This document shows, piece after piece, positions 49,990 to 63,500 of a DNA stretch of 64,000 nucleotides (position 1 is its first letter; each line of letters opens with the position of its first letter). Both the position numbers and the translations under genes were made by a program. Under the pieces are notes generated by a model. The model made no database searches, was not told the DNA's origin, and worked only from the letters and a program-made list of their open reading frames with translations. Source of the DNA: Rhynchobatus australiae (Eukaryota); contig JAUZTB010000127.1 of the NCBI GenBank assembly GCA_034780895.1, forward strand, positions 41,312,503-41,376,502, given 5' to 3'.

Positions 49990-51490
49990 TGTTGACCCAT
50001 GACCAAGCATTGCCATAAAGGTTCTCTCCTCAAACCAGCTGCATTTTCACCACTGAAGCAGAAGTTACAATGGACGCACAAAAGTCATCACCAGGGTCCT
50101 CCACTTCTGTCTCCTCCCAGTGGTAGCAGTGGTTCTGAATCACAGTGTGGATTTCATCCATCTACAGGCACAACAGGAAAGATCTTCACCATGCAACAGC
50201 TCAAAGAGAAATGCAGGGAGTAGCATCCACCATGATGTATGCAACTTTTGACCTCTTAAAAATCCTTGGCTCTGCCAATCAACAGGGAATGTGGAGTTTT
50301 CTACTCAAATTTCATAGCCTGGAGAAATGCGTCTCAATTTTACATCCAATCGTGTTGTGCTCTTAACTAGCAGGTTGACAACAGACCCAATCTCACTGCA
50401 GACTGGTGTTAAGCAAGGCTGTGTCATGGCCCCAACACTATTTTCATACATTCTCACTTTTTCACCTCCAACAAGCTTCCCATTGTGGTGGAACTAATCT
50501 ACAGAACAAGTAGGAGAAACTGCTCAGAACAAGTTGCCTCACTCCAAATACAAGATTGATCCCCAATTTCGGTCATCAAGTTATCTGCACAAGTTTGGAG
50601 GCCAAGTCATTGTCAACTCATTCACTGAAGCATAGGAGAGAATAAGCACTTACAAACTGCCAAAGGCCTCCAACAAACATGAGCCCACTGAACAATACTG
50701 CCCTATGACAACAGAGGTCTACAACAAGAATCTGGAATACATGGACAATTTCCCCTATTTCAGGAGCCACTTTTTAGCAAAGGTAGACATGACTGATGAA
50801 ATATTCCATCACCCTCATTGCATCAGCAGAGTCTTTCACCATCTGAGAAAAAAAAATGTTTTTGGAGAAAGAAAGCAGAAAACCTCAGACTTCGAACAAA
50901 GCCCATTGCTTACCAGGCTTCAATGATCGTTCCAGTACACACCTTAAAGCACTTAAGAGATTCCAGCTGCTCATTGTCTGCAAAAATCCATTGGTAGGAT
51001 AAGTGAACCAATGTTAGTGCCCTTTCCCAGGCCAATGCCATCAGCATTGAAGCACTGATTATACGGAACTGGCACTGGTGGGCAAGTCACATTGTTTCAT
51101 GTCTGATGCCAGATTCTGGAAACAGACACACTAGTGCAAGCTCTGTCATGGAAAGAGATCATCATGTAAACAGAGAATAAGATTGAATGGTGTTCTCAAA
51201 GCCTTCTTGAAAATGTGTATCTTTCCCACTGACTCATGAGAAGCTTTAGCTCAATACAGAGCATCCAGGTTACCATTGACAACCTCGAGTCCATACATCA
51301 GAAACACAAAGCAGCCCATCCCATGCCAAAAAAGAACAGCCACCCTAAACTACCCTCACCTAGTCAAGCACCCCCTGTGACAGTGTCCAGGGTCCCACAT
51401 TGACCTCATCAACCACCTCAGAATTCACAGAAGTGGCATGGAAGCAAGTCATCCTTGATTCCAAAAGACTACAGAACCAAAAGAGGAGAA
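49990..51490 (+). mobile_element. RTE-clade LINE RT and C-terminal fragment
   Basis: MDFIHLQ-like, KIFTMQQLKEKCRE, ATFDL, QTGVKQGCVMAPTLFS, LEYMDNFPYFRSH (RTE RT motifs GFR..R, DMIF..RQLQEKCRE, GVKQGCVLAPTLF). Confidence 0.85.
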
Positions 51491-52214
51491 ATAACTAATG
51501 CAACTGCAAAAGTCCCTGCATGAAAGAACACCAAACTCCCAACCTGATGTTTATTTTTAAATCACAAAGGAACATTGACAAGAAAGAATCAAGTATGCTT
51601 TGGAGAAGTTGCAGGTTCAAAAATGCTTCAGATAGCATCATGACAATGGACCAGTCATCGACAATGACACCCAGCAAAGAATATATAACTATTTCAAGAC
51701 CCAGCAAGGAGTGCCAATGAAGAAAGTGGCCATTTCTGATGGGTTTCAATGCATTCCTTCTCACCCATCAAGTGATGTCATATATAACTTTTGTCAGAAT
51801 ATGTTTATTTTTCAGGAGCTAGCTTCAAAGATGCAGCAAGAGATCCCAGCAGGTGTCACAAAAGGAAGAAAAAATGTTACTACTACATTTAAAATCAATA
51901 GCATCAATTAATTGTAATATCATAACCGAAGTCATGATATTTTCAAATTTGCAGAGTTCTGGATCAGGAAGATTATGATGACATCAAATTGATTATCTGT
52001 GGAGACTGTGGTGTGACTGTTTAGCACCACTAGTAGCATGATACAAACAGAATCTTTTCACTTTATCACCAAGAACACTGGTAATGTTATTGATTTAGTC
52101 TTTGCAAATAAAGATTTAATGAATACAATGGAACACAATAATAACTGATCCAAAACAAATGCAAAAGTCAAATAAAAAATTGTAACAAATGGAGTCTAAT
52201 AATATCCTGAAATA

Positions 52215-52950
52215 GAGTCACTGAGTCATACAGCAAAGAAAGAGGCCCTTCAGCACACCATGTCCATGCTGACCTTCATGTACCTATCTACACTAATCCT
52301 ATTTACCAGCACTTTTTGTGTTGGCAATTAAGTGATCGTCTAGATACTTCTTGAATGTTGCGAGAGTATTTGCCTCCATTAACCACTCAGGCAACATCAT
52401 CTAGGTTCCAACTATTCTCTGGGTGAAAAGTTCTTCCTTAAGTCTCCTCAAAACCTCTTACCGTTTACCCTAAACCGATGTCCTTCAGTTTTAAATACCT
52501 CTAGTATAGGGAAAAGTTTCCTATCTACCCTATCCATGCCCTAAATAATTTTGTACATCTCTATAGTCCCCTCTACTACAATAAAATAAGCCCAGCCGAT
52601 ACAGTCTCTCTTTATAACTGATGTTCCAACTGAGGCAACATCCAGTCAATCTTTTCTACACCCTCTTCAATGCAATCATTCCCACTATAGTGTGGGGACC
52701 AAAACTGAACACAGTTCTCCAGCTGTGGTCTAACCAAGCATTTTATAAAGTTGTACTATAACCTCCCTGCTCTTATATTCTATACCCCAGCTAATGAAGG
52801 CAGGAATTTCATATGATTTCTTTACCACCTCATCTACCTGTGCTGCCACCTTCATGGATCCTTGCATTTACACACCAAAGTTCCACTGTTCCTCAACGTT
52901 CCAATACTCCCTAGCACCCTACCATTCATTGTCTATGTCCTCGCGTTAGT
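52215..52950 (-). mobile_element. CR1 (HER1-like) LINE 3' fragment
   Basis: Reverse strand gives LVRPQLENCVQFWSPHY (CR1 LVRPHLEYCVQFWSP); 3' end GAGTCATACAGCAAAGAAAGAGGCCCTTCAGC. Confidence 0.85.
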
Positions 52951-52974
52951 CATTTTTTTGTGGTATGTATTAAT

Positions 52975-53155
52975 GATTTGGAACTGTGTACAGAACACAA
53001 TTTCCAAATTTGCAGATGATGCAAAACTAAGAGGCAGAGTGAACAGTGAGGAGATGGTAATAGATCAAGGAGATACAGACAGGTTGGTGGAATGGGCAGT
53101 TAAGTGGCAGATAGAATTTGATGCTGAGGAATGGGACATGTTACAAGGGAAGTTT
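52975..53155 (+). mobile_element. CR1 RT fragment
   Basis: TISKFADDAKLRGRVNSEE...QGDTDRLVEWAVKWQIEFDAE (RT FADD motif). Confidence 0.85.
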
Positions 53156-53539
53156 NNNNNNNNNNNNNNNNNNNNNNNNNNNNNNNNNNNNNNNNNNNNN
53201 NNNNNNNNNNNNNNNNNNNNNNNNNNNNNNNNNNNNNNNNNNNNNNNNNNNNNNNNNNNNNNNNNNNNNNNNNNNNNNNNNNNNNNNNNNNNNNNNNNNN
53301 NNNNNNNNNNNNNNNNNNNNNNNNNNNNNNNNNNNNNNATGAGCAAAACCATCCTCATTTTAAGTCACACAGCATGGAAATAAGCCTTTTACTCCTCCCA
53401 AATCGACACCCACCATCATAATTGCCTTAAACAGTTGTGATTTTTGATATGCCCTTCAATGAATTAGACACCTGAAAATAAGAAATTCATCCCCAGTCAT
53501 CAACATTAATAGTGTACAATGATATTAACTGCCAGATGT

Positions 53540-54010
53540 GCTCACCTCCACAAATTCAGTTCCAAAGAACTCGATGTGTAGAAGTGTACAACCATCCACT
53601 AATATTTGCAGTCATCTTTAGCATCTCCTCACAGTTCACTCTGCCTCATAATTTTGCATCATCTGCAAATTTGGAAATTTTGTCCCATACATAAAATTGT
53701 ATTATATTACAAAAAGCGATCAATCCCCAGGGAACTCCATTGTTCACTTCTCTTCAGATGAATAAACAACCTTTCATGGCGACTTTTATTTTCTGGTACT
53801 TAGCCAATTTTCTCTGTGTGCTGCAATCCCTTTTATTCCATGGTCTTCAATCTTGATGTCCATTCCATTATGTGGTACTTTATTAAATGTCTTTTAGAAG
53901 TCCATATATACATCAATTGCATTTCCTTCATCATTTCTCTGTTATTTCATTTTAAAAAATTATCAAGTTAATTATATGATCAACCATCCATGCTGACTTT
54001 CTTTAATCTA
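53540..54010 (-). mobile_element. CR1 RT fragment (opposite orientation)
   Basis: Reverse strand ISKFADDAKL at ~53645-53680 and YMDF.KTFNKVPH at ~53870-53915. Confidence 0.75.
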
Positions 54011-54709
54011 CCCACACTCTCTAAATGATCGCCTGATTATTGTTTCTGGAATTTCCCCCATCATTAACATTAAGTAACTTTTTTTTTACAGACACTGGGC
54101 TCACCCTTACATGCTTTTGTAAACAAGGTCATAACCTATGTAATTCTCCAATCCCAAGACANNNNNNNNNNTGGGACAAAAAGATTACAGAATTTTTTTT
54201 TACAGTTGATATAATCAATTTAAATACAGAGATTCTTTGTCCTAAAGGTTCAGGATTTAACCTTTCAGAATGTGATCACTTTGCTGTGCACTATCCTATA
54301 GCTAAAATGAGTCTTGAAATAGGTGGTTGTGGCTAGATATGTCTACTTGTACAAGCAAGCTACTTTATGAAATATAATGAATCCAATTTCAGTGTAGACA
54401 TGTAAACTTTAGCCAATGAATAGTAACAACTTCTTTGACCAGAACAATAAAAAAATCATTATTGCGATGTTTGGCTATTCACTAAATAATGATTGGGGAA
54501 TGAACATGTTTAAAGCACAAACTCACAAAGCCTTGATTATCATTTATTATGAAACAAAGGAACAGAAACCATACTTGCCCTGTCTCTGATTAAATTTTAT
54601 AGTGTTGATTGTTTCATTATCCTTTAATCTGGCAACATAAGTGTGTACAAGAAAGGCAAAGGTTTATCATCGTCACATTCCAAGGTACAGTGAAAAACTT
54701 TGGAATACT

Positions 54710-55575
54710 TATGTGGGGGCATTAATAAACCAGGTAGCAGAGGTTAGTTTCCAGCAGACTTGGGCATCGTTGCCACAGGACCATGAATTTATGATGTGAA
54801 GCCTGTGAAGAAGTCCATGGAAGTCAAGCAGAGTCAACTTCCACTCCATGATATGAAGTTCATCATCAAGAATACTCTTGGACAATCCCAAAAGCAACAG
54901 ACCTGAAGGTTACTATTGACCAGAACAATATCCTGGGGGTTACCACTGACCAGCAACTGAACTGGAGGAGCCATATATACAATGTAGCTACAAGAGTAGG
55001 TCACAGCTTAGGAATCTTGTGGCAAATAACTCACTTCCTAACTCCTGAAAGTCTACTCACTATCTACAAAGCTCAAGTCAGGAGTGCAATGGTATAATCT
55101 CCACTTGCCCAGATGAATACAGCTTCAACAACACTCAATAAGCTCAACACTATACAGGACACAGCAGCCCACTGAACAGGCACCCCATCTACAACCAATG
55201 ATGCACAGTAACAGCAGTTTGAACCACATACAGGATGCACTGCAGCAACTCACCAAGACCCCTTAGACAGCACCTTCTGAACTGATGAAATCTACAGTTA
55301 GAAGGACTAGGGCAGCAAAAGCAGGGGAACACTACCACGTGGAAATTGAACTCCAAGCCACACTCTATCATGACTTGGAAATATATCACTGCTCCTTCAC
55401 CACTGCTGGGTCAAAATCCTGGAACTCCCTCCCTAACAGTATTGTGGTTATATGCAAACCCCCTGACTGCAGCAGTTCAAGGTGGCAGCTCACCAACACC
55501 TTCACAAGGGCAAGTCAGGAGTGGCAATTCAATGCTGGCTCAGCCTGCAAAGCCCTCATCCCATGAATAAAAAAG
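54710..55575 (+). mobile_element. CR1-group (CR1/L2-like) LINE 3' fragment
   Basis: ILGVTTDQQLNWRSHI...IYKAQVRSAMV.SPLAQMNTASTTLNKLNTIQDTAA; same family and tail as 27890-28440. Confidence 0.8.
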
Positions 55576-56891
55576 ACCCAAATACTGCTTTGCTATCAGA
55601 GTTCAGGAACTCAGATGATTTGACATCAATATCACTTTACTGAATGAGACATAGCAGCCAAGAAAATGCCAATTTAGAGCAAGTTCAGTAGCGAAACCTA
55701 CTTTTTGAGAAGCAAACGGGAAGCAGGACATTGCCTTTTTGGAGTGAGCTTCACCCTCAAGGCTGAGCTAGTCCAGAATCTCAGGGACTCAACTGCCGAG
55801 AGAACAGCTCATGACTCTTCAGTTCATTCTAACACAGAACCAGCATCCCACAACCATCAGTGCATGTGCCCAAATCCCGGGAAACTTCAGATGAGGCAGA
55901 GAGGACTACTACTATGACTATAAAAGTATTCTGATTTACATCCCAAAGGGGGACTAACTAATCACCCTGGGCAAAATTCAATGTCAGAATGGGAAGGGAT
56001 GCATCCTCTGGCACAGGAAAGGTGAACTCCAACATGGCGAACTTCACAAAATGCTTGGAGCATCACCTCATCATCACAAATGCCTTGTTTCTTCAGAGAG
56101 GCAAGCAGAAGGTGTCATGACAACAACATAAATCCATGAAGTAGCACCTGCTACATCATAATGGGGGGCCGCAAAAAGATGTCAACATCATCAGCTATGA
56201 TGGACAACAATAACTTCTGGACTGTCCAGCACCTAATTCACTTTTTTAATCTCCTTCAATCTGGCTCTAAAACATCAGAAGCATTGTCACTAGAATATCA
56301 ATATCAAAGATCTGAGGAACTCCACAAAGCTGACTATTCTTAGAATCAGCTCACTCAAATTCTAACCAATAGGAACCGCCAAGTGTCTGCAACTTATTGA
56401 TTGCTCTGAAGTCCACTATAATTGACACCTGTGAAGAGACGTTTGGCTTTTCTGTCAAGAATCACTTGGATTAGTTTCTTGGGAATGACCAAGAGATTGA
56501 AGAGTTAATTAACGGCAAATGTAATGCATTTTAGAAGTGGAAGCACCACGTTTCCTGAAGGAGAGGGAAACAGCTTTATGAGCACCAAATAGCAGAGGTC
56601 CAGCAGAAGCCCAAAGACCAAAAGAAGATGAATGATAGATAGAGTGGAGAAGGTTCAACAACTCACTGATAGCCATGGCATGTGCAGATTCCACAGCACA
56701 GCAAAAGCCATCTACACCCCCAACATGCAAGGCCTCCACCCCACTGAGAGCTGGGATCGGGGGCAAACTTATCAGAGCACAGAGGCAGAGAACAACTGCT
56801 GGAAGGAACACTTGAAAGACCACCTCAACTATGACTCTTTCCATGATGAAAGCACCTTGACTCCACCCAAACAATCTGTCCAACAAAGCCA

Positions 56892-58431
56892 CATCACAGA
56901 TAGTTCAGTCATACAACATGGAAACAGGCCTTTCGACCCAAGATGACGATCTATGATAATCCCATTTCTTATATTTGATCCATATCCCTCTCAACCTTTA
57001 CTATCCATGTACCTATCCAAAATTCTTTTCAATACTGTAATTGCACCTGCCTCTACCACTTCCTCTAGCAACATGTTCCATATACCCCCCATCCTCTGTG
57101 TGGAAANNNNNNNNNNNNNNNNNNNNNNNNNNNNNNNNNNNNNNNNNNNNNNNNNNNNNNNNNNNNNNNNNNNNNNNNNNNNNNNNNNNNNNNNNNNNNN
57201 NNNNNNNNNNNNNNNNNNNNNNNNNNNNNNNNNNNNNNNNNNNNNNNNNNNNNNNNNNNNNNNNNNNNNNNNNNNNNNNNNNNNNNNNNNNNNNNNNNNN
57301 NNNNNNNNNNNNNNNNNNNNNNNNNNNNNNNNNNNNNNNNNNNNNNNNNNNNNNNNNNNNNNNNNNNNNNNNNNATTACCATCCTTCCTTTTATGTAGTG
57401 ACCAGAACTGCACACAATACTCCAGGTGCTATGTTGTACAGTTGTAATATGACGTACAAACTCCTATACTCAATGGCTCAGCTGATGAAGGCAGGTATAC
57501 CAAATGCCTTCTTCACACTCTGTGACCTGTGCTGTCACTTTTAAAGAACTATGTACTTGTACCCCAAGGTCTCACTGTTCAGTAACAATCCCCAGGGCTC
57601 TGCTTTTCAATGTGTATGTCCTGCCCTGGTTTAACTTCCCAAAGTACATCACTTTGCACTTGTCTACATTCAATAACGTCTGTCATTCCCTTACCCACTT
57701 TCCCAGTTGATCTAGATCCTGTTATAACCTTAGACAACCTTCTTCATTGTCCACTATGCCACCAATTTTGGTGTAATCTGCAAATTTACTAATCATGCCA
57801 CCTAATCTCTTCCAAATTATTACAATGTATGATGAATAATAAAGGACCCAGCACCAATCCCTGTAGCACACCGGTGGTTACAGGTCTTCAATCTGAAAAA
57901 CAACCCTCCACCCTTCTTATTTCTAAGTTCTACCCATTTAGCCTCATTGCACTATTGTTACGTTCTCCCTAATCAATATTACAACTCCCTCTCCTCTCTT
58001 ACCTCCACCTCTTCACCCATCAGACTTTCTACACTCCTTTCTACTCGCCCTCCCCATTTTCTGCAACTGCTCAGAAACATCCTAGCACCAGGGAGGCAAC
58101 ATACCATCTTGGAATCTCATTCGTGACACAGAATCTCCTGTCTGTCCCCCTAAGTATTGATTCTCCTATCACTGCAGCTCCCTTGGACTCCACCCTCCCC
58201 TGCCGTGCATCAGAGCCAGTCATGGTGCCACATGACTGTTGCTGCTCTCCCCTGAAAGGTCATTTCCACAAAACAGTATCCAAAAAGATATCTTTGTTAT
58301 TGAGGGAAATGGCCACAAGGATATCTTTCAATCCCTGTCTACCCTTTCTACCTTTCCTGATGTCATCCAACCATTTGTTGTCTATATCCTCAGAATGACC
58401 ATCTCAATGAAGCTCCTGTCTATGATGCTCT
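56892..58431 (-). mobile_element. CR1 LINE with internal deletion (ORF1 esterase remnant plus ORF2 3' part)
   Basis: 3' part STQRMGGIWNMLLEEVVEAGAITVLKRILDRYM, SKFADYTKIGG, GVLQGLVLGPLLF. ORF1 remnant AAVIGESILRGTDRRFC (SGNH GDS block) at ~58125-58180. Confidence 0.85.
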
Positions 58432-59507
58432 NNNNTCCCAACTGAAAATCGCCTCAGGAGCAAATGGTATCCCTGCTAAAATCCTAAAACTCACTGGTGA
58501 AATGCTTCAAATGCATGTCCACCATTTCTTCATCCACATTTGAGGAGGATATTCCAGGGAATCTCAGACACTGAAACATGCTCAAGAAAGAAGACTGGGT
58601 TTAATGTGGTAACAACAAAGGGATCTTGCTGCTGTCTGCCACAGGAAAAGTCATCACCAGGATCCTCTCAACCAGCAACACCCAGTTGCTGAAGAGCTAC
58701 TCCCCAAATTAGTGTGGATTCTCTTCATCCAGAGATAGTGGATGGACAACTTTTACTGCACAACAACTCTAAGAAAACCACTGGGAGCAGCACCAGCCAC
58801 TACAGTGCATCTTTCGACCTCACTAAAGCTGACTCCATGAGGTGGGAGGGATTGTGGATAACCCTCCTCAAAGTTGCAGCCCACAGAAATTTGTTTCCAT
58901 CTTACTCTTGCTCTGCAATGGTATGCAAGCTGTGATAGTACCAATGTGCCCACACAAGAATCAGTCTCAGTGAAGGCCAATGTCAAACAAGACTGTGTCA
59001 TTGCCCCAACACTATTCTCAATTTTTCTTGCTACAATGTTGCATCTCACCTCTGACATGAGTGGAGCTAACCTTCAGAACTAATGGGAGGTTGTTCAACC
59101 TACAGTGACTAGACTTCAGAACCAGGGTTACCCAAACCTCAGCAGTCAAGAAGGAAATATGCAGGTGATGCATTCGTCTGTGCATGCTCCATACTGACCT
59201 GCTCCTTCTGCAATACACTGCCATCTGACAAGAAAGAATCACCAGGAGACACCGGAAAATGTAGACCACTTCCAATATTCAGAAGCCACCTCTTTCTGAA
59301 AGTAGACATTAGTGATGAAATTCATTGTCGCTTTCAGTATACCAGGACAGCTTTTGGCTCAATGTTGAAAAGGGTGCTTGAAATTGAAATCTCAGATCTT
59401 GCAGTGATCCCTGCCCTCCTATACAGTTCTGAGCCTACCTGCAGCAGACAGCACTGGAAAAATATCACCAATACTACCTCAGCAAAGTCATATTTTCTTA
59501 TGATATA

Positions 59508-59815
59508 AAGGAGATCATTCAGCCTATCAACTATACACTGGCTTTTAGAGTAAATCCATCAATCTCATCCCCCCCACATTTCCCTGTAACCTATTCTCCT
59601 TCACATGCCCATCAACTCCACCTTGATTATCCTATTGCCCCTCCTATACTGGAGTAATTTACAGTGGCCAATTAACCAACACATTTTTGAGATGTGGGAA
59701 GAAACTGGAACACCCAGAAAAACCTGCATGATCACAAGAAGAACATACAAACGCAAACAGACAGCACCAAAGCTCAAGTGGGAGAGCTGTGAGGCAGTAG
59801 CACCACAGATGCCAT
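59508..59815 (-). mobile_element. V-SINE (HE1-like) with CR1-type tail
   Basis: Reverse strand V-domain GCAGGTTTTTCTGGGTGTTCCAGTTTCTTCCCACATCTC; tail GTTGATAGGCTGAATGATCTCCTT resembles the CR1 3' UTR. Confidence 0.7.
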
Positions 59816-60519
59816 CTAATTCCCCAGATTTGCTGGAAGGATGAATAACCAATGTCAATGCCCTCTCCCGGACTAATTCAGTCAGCTTTATTGGGCCAGC
59901 CATGGCATTCACATGCCCAACACCAGACTCCTGAGACAGACACTCTATTCCAAGCAGAGAAAGAAAAGCATGTGCCCGAAGCTTCCTTCAAGAAATGCAA
60001 ATATCCCCATCAAATCCTGCGAATCTCTAGCTCATGTCCGCTTGAAGTAGAGAAGAACCACACCGAGGCCCTATGTAAGCAGTGGAAAGAGTACACTATC
60101 TCTCAAACTTACTATGCACCCACCAATCAGCTAACTCCTGTCCCATGTATAGAAGAATTCTCACACTGGCCTCGTCAGCACCTCAGAACCCACAAAACCA
60201 GATTTCTCATTGTTGACCCCAAGGAACTATCTAAGAAGTTACCATTTGATTATGCAGGGAAACATCAGCAGTTCTAGGCAAATGCCAGCAAATTCGGTGC
60301 TTGTATGTGCAAATGGAAAAGTCCCAAATTTGCTCACAGATGTTTGCCAGCATTCCAATGACTGCATCTGATACTGAATTCCTGAATGAGGCTACACAAA
60401 TAGAGTGTAAAGTTGCATCAACTTCCTACCACTCATAGTTGGGCCTGTCCTAGATGTTCTCCTCCATTAACTTACAATAGTTTTGTAATTCTTTTAATAG
60501 ATCATTTAAGCGTCTACAC

Positions 60520-61332
60520 AAACTGGGGAAGTGGCCAAGAAGTGGCAGACGGAATTTAACTCGGACAAATACGAGGTGATGTATTGTGGCAAGTTAAACC
60601 AGGGCAGAACTTGTACAGTAAATGGTAGGGCCCTGAGGGGTGTTATGGAACAGAGTGATCGAGGGGTAACGGTACATAGTTCCCTGAAAGTAGTGACACA
60701 CGTAGACAGGGTGGTAAAAAAGGCGTTTGGTCTTCATCTGTCAGGGCATTGAGCAACAGGAGTTGGAATGTCATGTTGCAACTGTAGAAGTCGTTGGTGA
60801 GACCACACTTGGAGCATTGTGTGCAGTTCTGGTTGCCCAGCTTTAGGAAGGATGTCATTAAGTTGGAAAGGGTACAAAAAAATTGATGAGGACATTACCA
60901 GGACTGGAGGGTTTGAGTTATAAGGAGAAGCTGAATATGCTTGAAGAGTAGGAGGCTGAGGGGTGATCTTATAGAGGCATATAAAATCAAGAGGGGTATA
61001 AATAAAGTGGATGGTCAGTCACATTGTTTTCCAGAAGGTAGGGGAGTGTAAAACTAGAGGAGTAAGGGGAAAAATTTTAAAGGGACCTGATGCAAAACTG
61101 TTTCACACAGAGGGTGATGGGCATATGGAACAAGTTGCCAGAGGAAGCAGCAGAAGCGGGTACAATTGCAATGTTTAAAAGGCATTCAGACAGGTACATG
61201 AATAGTAAAGATTAAGAGAGATTTGGGACAAATGCAGCAAATGGCACGAGCTCAGAGAGATAGCTTGATCAGTGTAGACAAGTTGGGCTGAAGGGCCAGT
61301 TCTTGTGCTGTATAACTCTATGATTCTGACTC
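60520..61332 (+). mobile_element. CR1 (HER1-like) LINE 3' fragment
   Basis: AKKWQTEFNSDKYEVM...[29 protein letters not shown]...FTQRVMGIWNKLPEE; terminal ACTCTATGATTCT. Confidence 0.9.
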
Positions 61333-63229
61333 CAGATTAATTAACTTTCAGTACTTTTGGGATGCTTCTAAATGTTTCTAAGGGAGCTTTGACAGTCAGC
61401 TGGGCCTGGAGTTTGGCTTAGCTGGGCATCAAAAATGTTTTGCAGTGTTTTTTTTTCCAGAGAGTGCAGACCCTGTTCTGGACTCTTACCACCCCCACAT
61501 GCTCTTAAGTCCTGATAACTCCATCACTGACAGCCATGCTTTCAGTGGCTTTGATGTGCAGTTCAACAACTCTCTCCCTTAAATTTTCTACCTTTCCTTT
61601 TCTTAAAACCTAATTTCAGTGGAGAGTTGTTGATGTCAGCAAGAGGCCACCAATCTATCCTGCCTGTGGGGTCCCCTGATAGCACCACTATTTATTCACA
61701 TACCCCTGGCTTTTCCTCATGGTCATCTTAACTCATCCCGAGGTTTTCATCCAATCCCCTTTTGAAAGTTACTGAATGTGCTTCTACAGCCCTTTCAGGG
61801 AACTGTATTCCTGATCAAAACAACTCGTTGCACAACGTATTGTGCACATAAGTAGCAACTATCACCCATTTTTGTTTTCCAGTTGTATTAGAGTGTTGTG
61901 TAAGTTGACCAGTTTCACGGACAATGAAGCATTCACTGTCATGTGGCCATCACCAACCACATCATTTTCATAGAATTGGAAAAAAAAAGCTAAATTTTAT
62001 TGAGTATTGCTCGTCTTGGAATCTGAAGATTGTGGATTCAAACCTCATTCACAATGTGATCAGATTACCTAAGCTGACACCAAGGGGATTCAGTTAAAAA
62101 GCAAGGAAGTTTTGCTCCTGTAATAAAGGGCTTTTGTGAAACCACATAGGGAGAACCTTGTGGTGTCTANNNNNNNNNNNNNNNNNNNNNNNNNNNNNNN
62201 NNNNNNNNNNNNNNNNNNNNNNNNNNNNNNNNNNNNNNNNNNNNNNNNNNNNNNNNNNNNNNNNNNNNNNNNNNNNNNNNNNNNNNNNNNNNNNNNNNNN
62301 NNNNNNNNNNNNNNNNNNNNNNNNNNNNNNNNNNNNNNNNNNNNNNNNNNNNNNNNNNNNNNNNNNNNNNNNNNNNNNNNNNNNNNNNNNNNNNNNNNNN
62401 NNNNNNNNNNNNNNNNNNNNNNNNNNNNNNNNNNNNNNNNNNNNNNNNNNNNNNNNNNNNNNNNNNNNNNNNNNNNNNNNNNNNNNNNNNNNNNNNNNNN
62501 NNNNNNNNNNNNNNNNNNNNNNNNNNNNNNNNNNNNNNNNNNNNNNNNNNNNNNNNNNNNNNNNNNNNNNNNNNNNNNNNNNNNNNNNNNNNNNNNNNNN
62601 NNNNNNNNNNNNNNNNNNNNNNNNNNNNNNNNNNNNNNNNNNNNNNNNNNNNNNNNNNNNNNNNNNNNNNNNNNNNNNNNNNNNNNNNNNNNNNNNNNNN
62701 NNNNNNNNNNNNNNNNNNNNNNNNNNNNNNNNNNNNNNNNNNNNNNNNNNGACTTTGGTTTAGGAGACAAAAGGGTACGTTCTCCTTTCCAATTAAACAT
62801 TTCCATTCATTTAGCCCAATGTGTCTCCAAGGCAGTAAAAAAAAAAGCAGTATCTACTGGATTCCAGACAGAACACCTATTGGAAGCCATGTGTGAAATT
62901 AAGACCTCTTCTTTTGAGCTGTCGAGCAGGGAGAACATTGTGAGGAAGCATCAACCTGTGCAGTTCCCAGCAAATGCTACATTATCAGCCCAACATTAAA
63001 AAAAGAGCTGAGAAGAATTTCTTGACTGATCTTGTGTATGATATACAAATGATTCTCAAAAAACATGGGGTGAAGAGAGCTTGATCCTTTCCTTTGAGTT
63101 TAGCAGGGCAGAGGCAAGGGTAAAGGAATTACTACAGTACCAAACCGCTAAACATTTCCTTGTTTGCGACTTGACAGTGGTTTCATTTATGAGCACCAAG
63201 TCTTTCTCAGTGCTAGTATGAAGGGTCAC

Positions 63230-63500
63230 CAGAGACCCAAGTTTACCTGACACTCTGTAGAATACTGAAGGAAAGCTGCACTGTTGGATGCGTTATCTTT
63301 AAGATGGTTTTTAAGACTCAGATATAAAATATACAATATCCTACCTTGGAAAAGAAATCAGGATTTAGCGAGTTGCTTCATCAACATTTATCATTCAGAT
63401 AAACATTACTATATTACCTGATCATTGATTTAATTGTGCAAGCTTGCTGTGCACAAACTGATTGCTGTGCTTCCCTACATTACAACAACTATTTCTTTGA
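63230..63500 (+). mobile_element. Deu-SINE (SacSINE1-like) remnant
   Basis: TACTGAAGGAAAGCTGCACTGTTGGATG and Deu-domain-like GCTTGCTGTGCACAAACTGATTGCTGTGCTTCCCTACATTACAACA. Confidence 0.65.

Larger units (their letters stand above)
55640..60240 (+). mobile_element. Near-full-length degraded RTE-clade LINE, interrupted by CR1 (56892-58431) and a SINE (59508-59815)
   Basis: In order: endonuclease (ERTA; CLEHHLIITNALF), MCRFHSTAKAIY, ASGANGIPAKILK, GILLLSATGKVITRIL, FDLTKA, VKANVKQDCVIAPTLFSIF, and C-terminal EASFKKC...HLRTH. Confidence 0.85.
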
